Origin: Planctomycetota bacterium | GTDB lineage: Bacteria; Planctomycetota; SZUA-567; H5-PLA8 | Reading direction: 5' to 3' | DNA length: 64,000 bases | NCBI GenBank assembly: GCA_038227875.1 | Contig: JBBRPR010000025.1 | Location: forward strand, 32,001-96,000 | Position numbers and translations under genes: made by a program | Part shown: piece after piece, positions 18,880 through 29,108 of the stretch | How the letters are laid out: every line of letters begins with the position of its first letter | How positions within the stretch are numbered: the first letter of the stretch is position 1 | The notes under the pieces: generated by a model | Seen by the model: the letters and a program-made list of their open reading frames with translations, nothing else | Told to the model about the DNA's origin: nothing | Databases searched by the model: none

Positions 18880-21807
18880 GTGCGCTTCGGCAGAATCCTG
18901 TGCATGGTCGCGTTCGTGTCCGCAACGGGCTCCTGGGCGGCGGATCTCCGGGACGTGACGCCGGTCACGGACACCATCCTGATGGTCCACTTCAACGAAG
19001 GCCACATCGATCAGGCACTCAACGAGAAGGACGCCAAGCCGTACATTTCCAAGCTGGACGTCAAAGCCGCCGTCATCGCCGAGAATTACAGCATCTCGAG
19101 TGAAGACGATCCGCGCTTCAAGTCGGAACAACATCCCACCAAGCTCGGTCGCAAGGCCAAGGCTGTCGACACGCTCTCTTTATTCCGGCCAGAAAAATTC
19201 GTGCTCGACCATTGGATCTACCTGACGCTGCCGCAGGCGCTCCAGCACGGCTGCACATACACACTGCGCGTCGAAAACCTGGCGAGCAACGCGCCGGCGT
19301 TTACGTTTCTATTTCTCGAAAACAGCCTCCACTCCGAAACGATTCACGTTAATCAAATTGGATTCACGCCTGACGGACCCAAGTACGCGTACCTGTCGCA
19401 CTGGATGGGCGACCTGGGCGGCGTGAATCTCGACGCGTACACCGGCAAGCCGTTTCACGTGATTCGCGTCGGCGATGGTGCGACGGTCTTCAGCGGGAAC
19501 GTGGCCAAGCGCAAGGACCTGAAAACGGGCGCGCCGCAGACGTCGGCGCCGGTGGACGGGACGCCGTTCAGTCCCATCAAGAAGGCCAACGTGCCCAGCA
19601 ATTTCACCGAAGCGGATGTCAGTGAGTGCGATTTCTCCGCGTTCAAAACGCCCGGCAATTACCGCGTGGCGGTGGAAGGAATGGGCTGCTCGTTCACGTT
19701 CGCGATCGACGAGGACGTCTACCGCAAAGCCTACTACGTGGCCAGCCGCGGACTCTTTTTTCAGCGCGCCGGCATCGAAAAGGAAATCGAACCCGGCATG
19801 AACTATCCGCGCGATCATCATCCCGACGACGGCATCAACACCTTTGAGTACGACAAGAACTGGCGCTGGATCGACAAGCCCGACCACGGCAACAAGATCA
19901 CCCCGACAGGCACGCTGAAAGTTTGGGGCTGGTACCACGACGCTGGTGACTGGGACGGCTACCCCGGCCACGTCAACGTGCCGATGTGTCTGCTGATGCT
20001 TTACGATCTGGCCGGCGAGAAATTCGCCGATGGCCAGGTTTCCAACCGCTACAAATCGAACACGGACAAATCCTGGATTGACGAAGGCAAGAACGGCATC
20101 CCCGACGAACTGGACGAAGCCAGTTGGCTGATCCAATACTACAAGCGGGCGCGCGCAGTTGGCCTGAAATCCGGCGTGACGACGGGCGGAGTTCCCGGCG
20201 GCTACAGCGGCGTCGATTCCTGCGCCGGAGACGCGTCGTGGAAGGACACCCGCGCGCTGATGTTCTCGGCCGAAGATCCGGCGACAACGTATCAATACGC
20301 CGCCGTCGCCGCGTGGCTGGCGGCCTGCCTGGACAAGGCGGCCGGCGGTTCGAGCCCCGACAGTGCGGAGTGGATCAAGGAAGCGAAGGAATCGTACGCG
20401 TGGTCCAAGGCCAACATGCGCGCCGGGGACGAAGACAAAGTGATCCGTCAGCGCGCGCTGGCCGCGCTGTGCCTCTTCCGCGCAACCAAGGACGCCGCGT
20501 ACCACGAGCAGTTTGCGGCCGACATGCAAAAAGACGTGTCGTTTCAACAGGGTGCCGACGGCTGGTACGGTCCGGAGAACTGGGAATACGCGGCCGCCAT
20601 TTACGCGCTGCTGCCCGCCAGTTTTCCCGGCGTAAACGCGGAGCTCCAGAAAACATTCCGCACCAAGGTGCTCGACGCAACGGAGAAGAAATACATCAAG
20701 ACGGCCGCGGACCGCGGATACCGCCTGGGCTTTGACTGGTTCAAGATGCACCAGCTCGGCACGTTCAGTACGCCGATCCTTTTCGAGCCGGCGATGGCGT
20801 ACAAACTGACGCGGGAAAAGAAATATCTGGACGTGATGCAGACCACCGCGTCGTACTGTCTCGGCGGCAATCCCATGAACATGGTCTGGATGACGGGACT
20901 GGGCCAGCGTTCGGTGAAATCTCCGTTCCACCCCGATTCGTGGGCTCTGTTTCGTTTCAACAGTATGGTCTACGACAATGAGTTCCTCCCAGGCTACGTG
21001 CCCTATGGCAGCACGGACGTCGATTTCTTCGGCCCGGGGTTCCACTTCTCCGGCAGTGAAAATTACAGCCGTTCGTCGGCCTACCCCGCGGTGGAAACGT
21101 GGCCGCTCAGCGAGACGCGTTTCGAAAACCGGTACAGCATCGCCGCCGGTGAATTCACCATCACGCAGAATATGGCGCCGTCCATTTTCGCCTACGGATT
21201 CCTCTGCGCCAACGCTGCGGCGATGAAGTCGCCCGCGTCAATCACGCGTCCGGGCGTCGCGATGGAATTTCCCAAAGACGCAGCCGTTTTCAAAGCTGGC
21301 GGCGATGTGGCGCTGCGCGTCAAAACCACCGCAAACGTCGACCACGTGGAATACTTTTACAACGAGCACTACATCGGCACCGCCGACGCGCCGCCCTTCG
21401 CGCTCACCTGGCACGCCGCGCCGCAGGGCGAATGGCTGATCACCGCCAAAGCTTTCGACAGCGCCGGCAAAGTGTCGAAGCCCAACGATCCGGCCTTCAA
21501 GGTCGACGTAAAAATCCGCGTCGACGCAGCCGCACCGGCGGTTGCGGTGGAGAAAGCGGAAATTCTGAACGCGCCCAAGAATGCGCTGATCGCCAACACC
21601 GAATGGAATCTGGTAGCGTCCGTCCTGCCGCTCACGGCGTCCAATCAGGCCGCCGTGTGGTCGTCGAGCGACGCCGCGATCGCGTCTGTCAACAGTCAGG
21701 GGGTGGTTGTCGCGAAAGCCCCCGGCAAAGCGACGATCACGCTCAAAACCACCGACGGCGGTCGCACGAGCGAATGTCAGATTCAGGTTGCATCGGCCAA
21801 GCCTTGA
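18880..21807 (+). CDS. Glycoside hydrolase family 9 with N-terminal Ig-like and C-terminal Ig-like (Big) domains
   Basis: GTG after GGAGG, signal peptide, IHVNQIGF, GWYHDAGDWD, GEFTI (putative catalytic Glu), C-terminal WSSSDAAIASV...G.ATIT..T.DG Big_2 motif. Confidence 0.85.
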   Translation: MRFGRILCMVAFVSATGSWAADLRDVTPVTDTILMVHFNEGHIDQALNEKDAKPYISKLDVKAAVIAENYSISSEDDPRFKSEQHPTKLGRKAKAVDTLSLFRPEKFVLDHWIYLTLPQALQHGCTYTLRVENLASNAPAFTFLFLENSLHSETIHVNQIGFTPDGPKYAYLSHWMGDLGGVNLDAYTGKPFHVIRVGDGATVFSGNVAKRKDLKTGAPQTSAPVDGTPFSPIKKANVPSNFTEADVSECDFSAFKTPGNYRVAVEGMGCSFTFAIDEDVYRKAYYVASRGLFFQRAGIEKEIEPGMNYPRDHHPDDGINTFEYDKNWRWIDKPDHGNKITPTGTLKVWGWYHDAGDWDGYPGHVNVPMCLLMLYDLAGEKFADGQVSNRYKSNTDKSWIDEGKNGIPDELDEASWLIQYYKRARAVGLKSGVTTGGVPGGYSGVDSCAGDASWKDTRALMFSAEDPATTYQYAAVAAWLAACLDKAAGGSSPDSAEWIKEAKESYAWSKANMRAGDEDKVIRQRALAALCLFRATKDAAYHEQFAADMQKDVSFQQGADGWYGPENWEYAAAIYALLPASFPGVNAELQKTFRTKVLDATEKKYIKTAADRGYRLGFDWFKMHQLGTFSTPILFEPAMAYKLTREKKYLDVMQTTASYCLGGNPMNMVWMTGLGQRSVKSPFHPDSWALFRFNSMVYDNEFLPGYVPYGSTDVDFFGPGFHFSGSENYSRSSAYPAVETWPLSETRFENRYSIAAGEFTITQNMAPSIFAYGFLCANAAAMKSPASITRPGVAMEFPKDAAVFKAGGDVALRVKTTANVDHVEYFYNEHYIGTADAPPFALTWHAAPQGEWLITAKAFDSAGKVSKPNDPAFKVDVKIRVDAAAPAVAVEKAEILNAPKNALIANTEWNLVASVLPLTASNQAAVWSSSDAAIASVNSQGVVVAKAPGKATITLKTTDGGRTSECQIQVASAKP

Positions 21808-22710
21808 TCAACCTTTAAATTGCTTCCGCCAGAATTGGGGCGGCAAGCCCGCGTACGCTTTGAACGATTTTGAGAACGCGAACGCATCGGAGAAGCCCAG
21901 CGCACAGGCGATCACTTCCACCGTGCGATCGCCTTCGCGGAGCCAGACGCTGGCCTGTTCCATTTTGCGCCAACGCAGGTGCTCTGCGGGCGTGACGTCG
22001 AACCGTGCGCGGTAAGCGCGGCTCAGGTAATCGGGATTCAAATCCAGCGCGGCCGCCAATTCGCCCAGCGACGTGTAGCGCTGGAATTGCTCCTCGATCA
22101 ATTCGCGGCAATGGTCGGCGTGAGCATCGCTGCGCGACCGCGCGGGCAGATCGAGCGTCTGGTCACCCGCGACGATATTCAAGAGCGCCTGAAAATAATG
22201 CAGCGCTGCAACCCGGTCTGTCTCGGACCAGGACGGCGCATGTTGAATCACGTCTTCCAAGTCACGCTCGATTTCCCGTCGCCGGCGAACTTTCAGCAGC
22301 GTGGGGCTTGGACCGCCAAGGGCCTGCCAGAACCGGTCGAACGCGGTTCCGTTGGCGTGAGCGATCGCGAGTTCGAGATCCCCTTTGGGTTCGACCCAGA
22401 AGCGGTAGCGGGTATCGGGCGGCACTGCGATGAACTGCGCGGGACCCACAGTTACCGCACGTTCGCCGCCCGGTGCGCCATGCTCAAGACGACAGGTACC
22501 GCGGTAGACGTACAGCAGTACCGTCGCGTGAATCTGGCTGAAGTAGATGCCTGTATCGCGTACCCATCGCTCGCGTGCGATGCGCTGGATGATCAGATCC
22601 CCTGACTCGGTCTGGAGCGGCTGCGACGACGCGCGGTGCACCAGGACTTTCAGCGGTCCGGCGTCGAAAAGACGGGAAGTTCCCATGGGCGCATGGTCGT
22701 CTATTGACAT
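21808..22710 (-). CDS. AraC family transcriptional regulator
   Basis: Cupin region plus C-terminal LGFSDAFAFSKSFKAYAGLPP; start uncertain. Confidence 0.85.
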   Translation of the reverse strand: MSIDDHAPMGTSRLFDAGPLKVLVHRASSQPLQTESGDLIIQRIARERWVRDTGIYFSQIHATVLLYVYRGTCRLEHGAPGGERAVTVGPAQFIAVPPDTRYRFWVEPKGDLELAIAHANGTAFDRFWQALGGPSPTLLKVRRRREIERDLEDVIQHAPSWSETDRVAALHYFQALLNIVAGDQTLDLPARSRSDAHADHCRELIEEQFQRYTSLGELAAALDLNPDYLSRAYRARFDVTPAEHLRWRKMEQASVWLREGDRTVEVIACALGFSDAFAFSKSFKAYAGLPPQFWRKQFKG

Positions 22711-22885
22711 GCCGGAGTCAATGACTGTGCAGGATTCGCGCGCTGATCCAATCGACAAATCCCAGAGCAGACGCAAGTATAAGTTGGGGCGGCCGTTCTA
22801 TAAATATTGCGGCGCTATTGCCGGATTTGCTGTATACAAAAATCTAGGTGGCCTTCCCTGTTTAGTTGAATGAGAAAGGTAGCAG

Positions 22886-23302
22886 ATGAAGAAGCTCCAA
22901 CCCAAAGCGGCCGGCAAAGCCGCCTCAAAACTCATCAGCGAAAAGATTGCCGAACTGGGTGACTGGCGAGGCGCGACGCTGAAAAAAGTGCGCGAGCTGA
23001 TCCACGAGGCCGATCCGGAAGTTCTGGAAGAATGGAAGTGGATGGGAACACCAGTCTGGTCGCATGACGGAGGCATTTGCACGGGTGAGTCGTACAAACA
23101 GGTCGTGAAGCTGACCTTCTTCAAGGGTGCGGCGCTGAAGGATCCGGCCAAGCTTTTCAATTCCAGCCTCGACGGAAACGTCCGTCGCGCGATCGATATT
23201 CGTGAGGGCGAGGAACTTGACGCGACGGCATTCAAAGCGCTTATTCGCGCGGCCATTGCGCTGAATTCTACGGGCGGCAAGAAACCCGCGAAACGGAGGT
23301 GA
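22886..23302 (+). CDS. DUF1801 (YdhG-like) protein
   Basis: RELIHEADPEVLEEWKWMGTPVWSH...GESYK..VKLTFFKGA.L.DP..LFN. Confidence 0.85.
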   Translation: MKKLQPKAAGKAASKLISEKIAELGDWRGATLKKVRELIHEADPEVLEEWKWMGTPVWSHDGGICTGESYKQVVKLTFFKGAALKDPAKLFNSSLDGNVRRAIDIREGEELDATAFKALIRAAIALNSTGGKKPAKRR

Positions 23303-23368
23303 ATTCCTGCGGTTGCTCGGGTGAAAAGTCCGCCAGATAATCCGTCACAAGAAGGACCAACGACGCCT

Positions 23369-24193
23369 ATGAATGCTAGTTCACGTAAAATCAAGGTCAA
23401 CGCCACTCGGCGCCGACCGCACAGCGGGTCCTGTTCTTTGGCGATACCGCCATTCGCCGCAACTGTCTGCAAGCTTTTCGAACCGATGGACGATGTTCAG
23501 TTCTGGATCAAGGACACAAACGGACGGTACTGCTGGATCAACCGAAGCTTCTTGCTTAACTATGGGCTGGAGCATGCGCGGGATGTCCTGGGCAAAACAG
23601 ACTACGATCTGTCGCCGGCCCACCTGGCCGATCAATATACGCTTGATGACCGCCGGGTGCTGCGCGGTGAAAGCCTGGCGAAACGCGTTGAACTGGTCGG
23701 ACGGTACGATCACAGCGCCGGGTGGTCCGTCACACACAAACTGCCGCTGCGCGACGCAAAAGGAAAGATCGTCGGAACCACAGGTACTTCGCGAGCAATG
23801 TCGTCCGCCTCACCTCAGGCGGACGTGCAGGATAGCGGTCTGGCGCGCGCGGTGGCCAGCGTGCGTCAGGATCCGTCGAAAAACTGGACCAATCGAGAAC
23901 TGGCAAAGCTGGCCCATCTTTCGGAGCGCGTTTTCGAGCGGCGCTTTCAGCGTGCGTTTCACGTTTCTCCCCACGACTATATCCGCCGTTTGCGCGTGAG
24001 GTTGGCGTGTCACGCGCTTGTTTATAGTGCAGCTACTCTGGCGCAGGTCGCGTCGGACTTTGGCTTCTCCGATCAAAGCCACTTCACGCGCGAATTCCGG
24101 CGTGAGACGGCCGTTACCCCCGGTGCCTATCGGCGACGCTACGGCGCCGCAAAAACAGCAAAAGAAGTGTGGCGGTTTTATTCCAAAACCTGA
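23369..24193 (+). CDS. AraC family regulator with N-terminal PAS domain
   Basis: FWIKDTNGRY...GKTDYDL...K.PLRD..G.IVG PAS fold plus GFSDQSHFTREF HTH; ATG after GAAGGA. Confidence 0.9.
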   Translation: MNASSRKIKVNATRRRPHSGSCSLAIPPFAATVCKLFEPMDDVQFWIKDTNGRYCWINRSFLLNYGLEHARDVLGKTDYDLSPAHLADQYTLDDRRVLRGESLAKRVELVGRYDHSAGWSVTHKLPLRDAKGKIVGTTGTSRAMSSASPQADVQDSGLARAVASVRQDPSKNWTNRELAKLAHLSERVFERRFQRAFHVSPHDYIRRLRVRLACHALVYSAATLAQVASDFGFSDQSHFTREFRRETAVTPGAYRRRYGAAKTAKEVWRFYSKT

Positions 24194-24283
24194 CGGTCTT
24201 CATCTATCTCCAAACCACGCTGCCGATCTATAAGGACCGCGTTGAACGCAGACGTCTCTTATGGTTTTCCCACAGGAGCAGCC

Positions 24284-25156
24284 ATGAAGATTGGAATCGA
24301 CAGCTATTGCTACCACCGCTTTTTTGGCGAGGTCTATCCGCAGCAACAACAACCGCCGCGCCGGATGACACTTGAGAATTTCATCGATCGGGCGAAAGAG
24401 CTCGGGGTCAATGGAGTCTCCCTGGAAACCTGCTTCATCACGCGCAAGGACGACGCGGGATATCTGGAGTCCGTGAAGGCACGGCTGGACGCGTACGGGC
24501 TCGACCGGGTCTATGCGTGGGGACATCCGGACGGCCTGGAGGGCGGACGGAACCGCGCGGAATATCAGAAGATGATCGCCGCCATTCCGCAGGCGCAACG
24601 TATTGGCGCAACCGTGATGCGGATCGTTGGGTCGAGTCTGCAGTTCAGATTCGAAGACCATCGTGAGCAGATTCGAGGGCTGGTGGCGATGTTGCGTGAA
24701 GCGGTCAAAGTCGCTGAGGCGCATGACGTGAAGCTCGCCATCGAGAATCACATCGATTTCACCGCTCGCGAAATTCTGCAGATCATCGAAGAGGTGGGAT
24801 CACCTTACCTGGGCGTGAACTTTGACACCGGCAACTTCGCGCGACTTCTTGACGATCCGATCAAGGCGATGGAATTGCTTGCCCGTCATACTCTGGCCAC
24901 ACACGTTAAAGACCTGCGGGTCAACCGCGCAGCCGCTGTCGACGATTGGTACTTCTTTTCAACCACGCCCGTTGGCGACGGGTTCATAGACAATCTGCGG
25001 CTGGCTCGGCTGTTGAAGCAGGCGGAGTACAAGGGTTTCCTGGCGATGGAATTAGATTTTCTGCATCCCGACTACACCGATGAAGATGCGGCCGTGGCAG
25101 CGAGCGTCGTGGAACTGCGCCGCATCGCCCACCACCTGGCTGAGGAGGTTCGATGA
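24284..25156 (+). CDS. Sugar phosphate isomerase/epimerase family (xylose-isomerase-like TIM barrel)
   Basis: LAIENH, NFDTGN, THVKD, MELD metal ligands; AGGAG RBS. Confidence 0.9.
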   Translation: MKIGIDSYCYHRFFGEVYPQQQQPPRRMTLENFIDRAKELGVNGVSLETCFITRKDDAGYLESVKARLDAYGLDRVYAWGHPDGLEGGRNRAEYQKMIAAIPQAQRIGATVMRIVGSSLQFRFEDHREQIRGLVAMLREAVKVAEAHDVKLAIENHIDFTAREILQIIEEVGSPYLGVNFDTGNFARLLDDPIKAMELLARHTLATHVKDLRVNRAAAVDDWYFFSTTPVGDGFIDNLRLARLLKQAEYKGFLAMELDFLHPDYTDEDAAVAASVVELRRIAHHLAEEVR

Positions 25157-26322
25157 AAACTCTGAATGTCGCGATGCTGGGCACAAGTTTCATGGGCCGT
25201 GCACACAGCAATGCCTGGAGCCAGGTGGGGAAATTTTTCTCGCCCGCCATCCAGCCAGTGTTGAAAATTGCGTGCGGCACAGACGTGCAACGCGCGCGTG
25301 AATTCGCCGGTAAATGGGGGTGGGAAGAGTCCTCGACCGACTGGCGCGAAGTCGTTTCCCGCAAGGACATCGACATTGTAGACATTTCACTGCCAACGCA
25401 TCTGCATCATGACGTGGCTGTTGCCGCCGCACGGGCCGGAAAGCATATTTTCTGCGAGAAGCCAATGGCTCTCTCGGCAGTTCAGGCCAAAAACATGGTG
25501 GCCGAGGTGGCGAAGTCGAAGGGTGTCCATTTCATCAATCACAATTACCGCCGTCTGCCGGCGGTGATGGTTGCCAAGCGGCTGATTGCGGAAGGTAAGT
25601 TGGGACGAATTTTTCATTGGCGCGGCGCTTATCAGCAAGATTGGATCATCGATCCGGAATTTCCGCTGACCTGGCATCTGCGCCAGGAAACCGCCGGCCC
25701 GGGACCTCATGCGGATCTGAATTCCCATAGCGTCGATCTGGCCCACTTTCTGATTGGCACCATCCGCAGCGTTGCGTGTATGACCACCTCTTTCATTTCT
25801 GAGCGCCCGCTGCCTGGCAAAGGCGCGGCCACGTTCAGTGCCGGAAAAGCCAGTGACTCCAGAGGCAAGGTCACAGTCGAAGACGCTGCGTTGATGATGG
25901 TCGAATTCGAGAACGGAGCCATGGGCTCCTTCGAAGCGACGCGATTTGCGAATGGCCGGAAGAACCGCAATACCTTTGAGATCTACGGCAGCAAGGGGAG
26001 CATGTGCTTCGACCTGGAGCGCTTGAATGAATTGTCGTTCTATGATGGGACAAACGAAGCTGACGAGCGGGGCTTCAGAAACATTCTCGTGACGGAACCG
26101 ACGCATCCGTATATTCGCCAGTGGTGGCCGCCGGGGCATACCATTGGTTATGAACACACGTTTGTTCATGCCGTGGCCGATTTTCTAGACGCGATCAGCA
26201 CGGGCGAAAAAGCCGCGCCCGACTTTCTCGACGGGTTGCGCGTGATGGAAGTGCTCGACGCCGGCCTGCGTTCGGCCAAAGAAGGTCAGAAGATCAAAAT
26301 TGAATACTCACGGGAGATTTAA
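25153..26322 (+). CDS. Gfo/Idh/MocA NAD-dependent sugar oxidoreductase
   Basis: G.SFMGRAH, GKHIFCEKP, HNYRR, DLNSHSVD; ATGA overlap with upstream gene. Confidence 0.92.
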   Translation: MKTLNVAMLGTSFMGRAHSNAWSQVGKFFSPAIQPVLKIACGTDVQRAREFAGKWGWEESSTDWREVVSRKDIDIVDISLPTHLHHDVAVAAARAGKHIFCEKPMALSAVQAKNMVAEVAKSKGVHFINHNYRRLPAVMVAKRLIAEGKLGRIFHWRGAYQQDWIIDPEFPLTWHLRQETAGPGPHADLNSHSVDLAHFLIGTIRSVACMTTSFISERPLPGKGAATFSAGKASDSRGKVTVEDAALMMVEFENGAMGSFEATRFANGRKNRNTFEIYGSKGSMCFDLERLNELSFYDGTNEADERGFRNILVTEPTHPYIRQWWPPGHTIGYEHTFVHAVADFLDAISTGEKAAPDFLDGLRVMEVLDAGLRSAKEGQKIKIEYSREI

Positions 26323-26324
26323 GC

Positions 26325-27203
26325 ATGACAGGCATCGACGTAGACATCGAGACGTACCACAAAAACGGGTTTCTTTTAATCGACGTGTTTCCCGAATCGG
26401 AAGTCGTCCTGATTCGCGACCAGATCGATGAACTTCTGAATCGCTACAGCCAGACCACGAAAACGGAGCGCGGTTTCCATTCGTCAGAGAATCAACACGC
26501 TGGCGATGCGATCGAGAATTTCCGAGCCAAGACCAAGCACTATTATTTCCATCTCCTGACCAACGAGCGCTTCCTGCCGATTCAGCACGTATTCCATCGG
26601 CCGGAAATCCTGAACACGATTGAACAGATCCTTGGCGCACCGTTGATTATCAACAATGCCTCACTCTTCGCTGCAGAACCGGGGACGTGCTACAAACTGG
26701 GCTGGCATCGCGACGTGATCCAGATTCCGCAGGATGAAATCAACGAGGATGCGATTTACAATCCATCGCGCTTTCACAATAGCGTTCAGATCAATCTACC
26801 TCTGTACGACGACGAGACGCTCTGGGTCGTTCCAGGCAGCCATCAGCGAAAGAACACAGCTGATGAAAACACAGCCTTCCGTGGATCGAAGCATTATGCG
26901 CCGATTGATGCGGAGATGCCTGGCGGTGTAAATGTGAAGATTCGGCCGGGTCAGGCGGTGCTCTACAATAACAACCTCATTCACCGCGGTTTCAATGCAT
27001 GCTTCACGGTGCCGCGTCGTTCCTTGCATATGGGTTATCATTGCGCTTTAAAGCCGCCGACCTGGCACTTCTATCTGCTCAACGAGGCCAATTTCACCGA
27101 TAGCTATCGAGCCAAGATGACCCCGCACGTACGTGCGATGATCGATGCGTATTTTGAGTGCCGAAAGTCCTATCCGAAAATGGAAGACACTTGGAAATTC
27201 TGA
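26325..27203 (+). CDS. Phytanoyl-CoA dioxygenase (PhyH) family Fe(II)/2OG oxygenase
   Basis: WHRD, VVPGSH, IHRG...RR canonical HxD...H triad. Confidence 0.85.
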   Translation: MTGIDVDIETYHKNGFLLIDVFPESEVVLIRDQIDELLNRYSQTTKTERGFHSSENQHAGDAIENFRAKTKHYYFHLLTNERFLPIQHVFHRPEILNTIEQILGAPLIINNASLFAAEPGTCYKLGWHRDVIQIPQDEINEDAIYNPSRFHNSVQINLPLYDDETLWVVPGSHQRKNTADENTAFRGSKHYAPIDAEMPGGVNVKIRPGQAVLYNNNLIHRGFNACFTVPRRSLHMGYHCALKPPTWHFYLLNEANFTDSYRAKMTPHVRAMIDAYFECRKSYPKMEDTWKF

Positions 27204-27247
27204 ATGGCGCTCGGTCCGAGCCGTCTGCAAATCATCAATTAGAGGAG

Positions 27248-27273
27248 CGCGCCGGCGTTGCCACGTCGGCGCG
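27248..27273. terminator. Hairpin between convergent genes
   Basis: CGCGCCGGCGT-TGCC-ACGTCGGCGCG. Confidence 0.5.
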
Positions 27274-27295
27274 GCTTACTCTTCCTTGGGTTGAA

Positions 27296-27754
27296 TCACG
27301 TCGCGTACGTTTTTGTGTATGCGAACGGACCCAGGACCGGTAATCGAAATGCAATTCCGTTATAGGCCTTGGACGCCAGTACACACAAAGTCGCAAGCAT
27401 CGCTAGACCGATCAATGAAAAAAACGGCAGCATCATCGTGGCCAAGGTTGGCATAATTACAACCATTGAGAACACAACGATCTGAAGCGCAATCGAAAGC
27501 GCCATGCAGACCACCTGCACCATAATCATCTGCATGGCATTGAATTTCACAAACTTCGATTCAGAGCTCTTGATGAGCAGGATGAGCAGCGGTCCGACCA
27601 TGAAAAGGGCAGACGCGTTGGCGATCATGCCCCACATCCTTTCGTCCTGCGTCGGCGATTCGGAAAGTTCAGTATCGCCCCAGACAAGTGGAGCGGGACT
27701 CCCAATGTGAACTGGCGGTGGTTCCAATGTCTGTTTGGCATTCTCGTTAAGCAT
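27296..27754 (-). CDS. DUF4870-like small membrane protein
   Basis: DERMWGMIA...GPLLI...SKFVKFNAMQ, three TM segments, KAYNG..FRLP. Confidence 0.75.
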   Translation of the reverse strand: MLNENAKQTLEPPPVHIGSPAPLVWGDTELSESPTQDERMWGMIANASALFMVGPLLILLIKSSESKFVKFNAMQMIMVQVVCMALSIALQIVVFSMVVIMPTLATMMLPFFSLIGLAMLATLCVLASKAYNGIAFRLPVLGPFAYTKTYAT

Positions 27755-28075
27755 GAGGTATCTCCTTTTGGAATGACGTTCACTGCCCGGTCAAATGGCC
27801 GAACGATAGATCTACGTCCATAGCCGACCTTCCGTGAGACCCTCAAATCACGCGGCGAACTTGTTCTTGGCAGGCAGTGCTGCAAAACAAGCGCCATGGA
27901 TCAATAAATGGAGCGACTCCGGAAGTGTGGGAGCGCGAAAGACTTGAAGCCCGAGCCGGAAACTATGGACGGCTGATCTCTCGTGGTATTGGGAACTTTT
28001 TTCGCAAGTATCGCTCCCACGCGACGATAGCGGGTCCGCAGATTGAGCTTGCGTTTCGCACGGATCTGCATATTA

Positions 28076-28089
28076 TGCCAACGTTGGCA
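28076..28089. promoter_or_regulatory. LacI-type operator 1 (TGCCAACGTTGGCA)
   Basis: Perfect 14-bp palindrome with central CG, abutting a TATTAT -10-like element upstream of the LacI gene; identical copy at 29120. Confidence 0.8.
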
Positions 28090-28122
28090 CATTTGCTGTG
28101 CGGGGCGGCTGGAGCGGTTGAC

Positions 28123-29100
28123 ATGGCGGGCTTGAAGGAAGTAGCTGCTGCGTCCGGAGTGTCGATCCGTACGGTTATGCGTGCACTATCCGGACAAGGC
28201 TACATTGATTCGCAAACGCGCGAGCGAGTGGTCACGCAGGCTCAGCGCCTGGGGTATCGCCCCAATCTTGCTGCGCGCAGTTTGAAGACGGCCAGAAGTT
28301 TTGACATTTCCGTCGTCGCCTGGTCCATGGATGAATTACATATCGCCAAGATCGCAGGCCTCGAGCAGACCCTGCGTCACGCCGGCTATGCGGTCAATGT
28401 GTTGCTGGAAAGTGCCGCGAATACCGGCGGCGATTGGCTTGAAAATGTCCTCCTGCATCGCCCTGCGGGTGTCGCGCTGTTCTCTTCTTCGCAATTCCAC
28501 AACGAACAAGCGTTGAGATTGCTGGATTCCAAGTTGCCGTACATCGTTTTCGACGCGCCAACCGGGCCGTTGGACAGCGTCCGCATAGATCGTCAACAGG
28601 GCGTCTACGAGGCGGTGCTGTACCTCGCCGCCACGGGACGTCGCGCAATTGCATACCTGGGAACGCAAGCCGATCGCTCCCGCCTGGATGGTTACCTGCG
28701 AGCGCTGGGACAACTGTCGCGTCGGCCAATCTATATCGAGCAAGCAGAGGGCGATCAGTACGCCGCGGGTATTGCCGCGTCGCAGCGGTTTTCGGAATTG
28801 CCCAAAGCAAAACGTCCTGATGCGGTTTTGGCCTACGCCGATGAAGTGGGATTGGGGTTCATGGCTGGGTTGCATGAACGCGGGATTAGAATTCCAAGTG
28901 ACGTAGCGGTAATCGGGTTCGACGACCGGCGCGCCGCAGCGCTCAGCTGGCCGCGCCTGACCACAGTGGCGCAGCCCAGTCGAGAGTTGGGCATCGCCGC
29001 TGCAGAAATACTACTTCGTAAAATCAAGGGTGAAGCTGAGCCATCGACAGGCTGGAGCCGCACGATGCCGACGAAGTTGGTGCTGCGGGAATCGGCATAA
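28123..29100 (+). CDS. LacI family transcriptional regulator
   Basis: MAGLKEVAAASGVSIRTVMRAL...LGYRPNLAARSL; VIGFDD; LTTVAQP; ATG after GGAG. Confidence 0.93.
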   Translation: MAGLKEVAAASGVSIRTVMRALSGQGYIDSQTRERVVTQAQRLGYRPNLAARSLKTARSFDISVVAWSMDELHIAKIAGLEQTLRHAGYAVNVLLESAANTGGDWLENVLLHRPAGVALFSSSQFHNEQALRLLDSKLPYIVFDAPTGPLDSVRIDRQQGVYEAVLYLAATGRRAIAYLGTQADRSRLDGYLRALGQLSRRPIYIEQAEGDQYAAGIAASQRFSELPKAKRPDAVLAYADEVGLGFMAGLHERGIRIPSDVAVIGFDDRRAAALSWPRLTTVAQPSRELGIAAAEILLRKIKGEAEPSTGWSRTMPTKLVLRESA

Positions 29101-29108
29101 GCGATTTT

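Noticed and set aside
11192..21045. Long antisense ORFs (11192-12790, 13726-15651, 19309-21045)
   Set aside because: Arg/His-rich antisense frames expected from high-GC codon bias opposite well-supported genes
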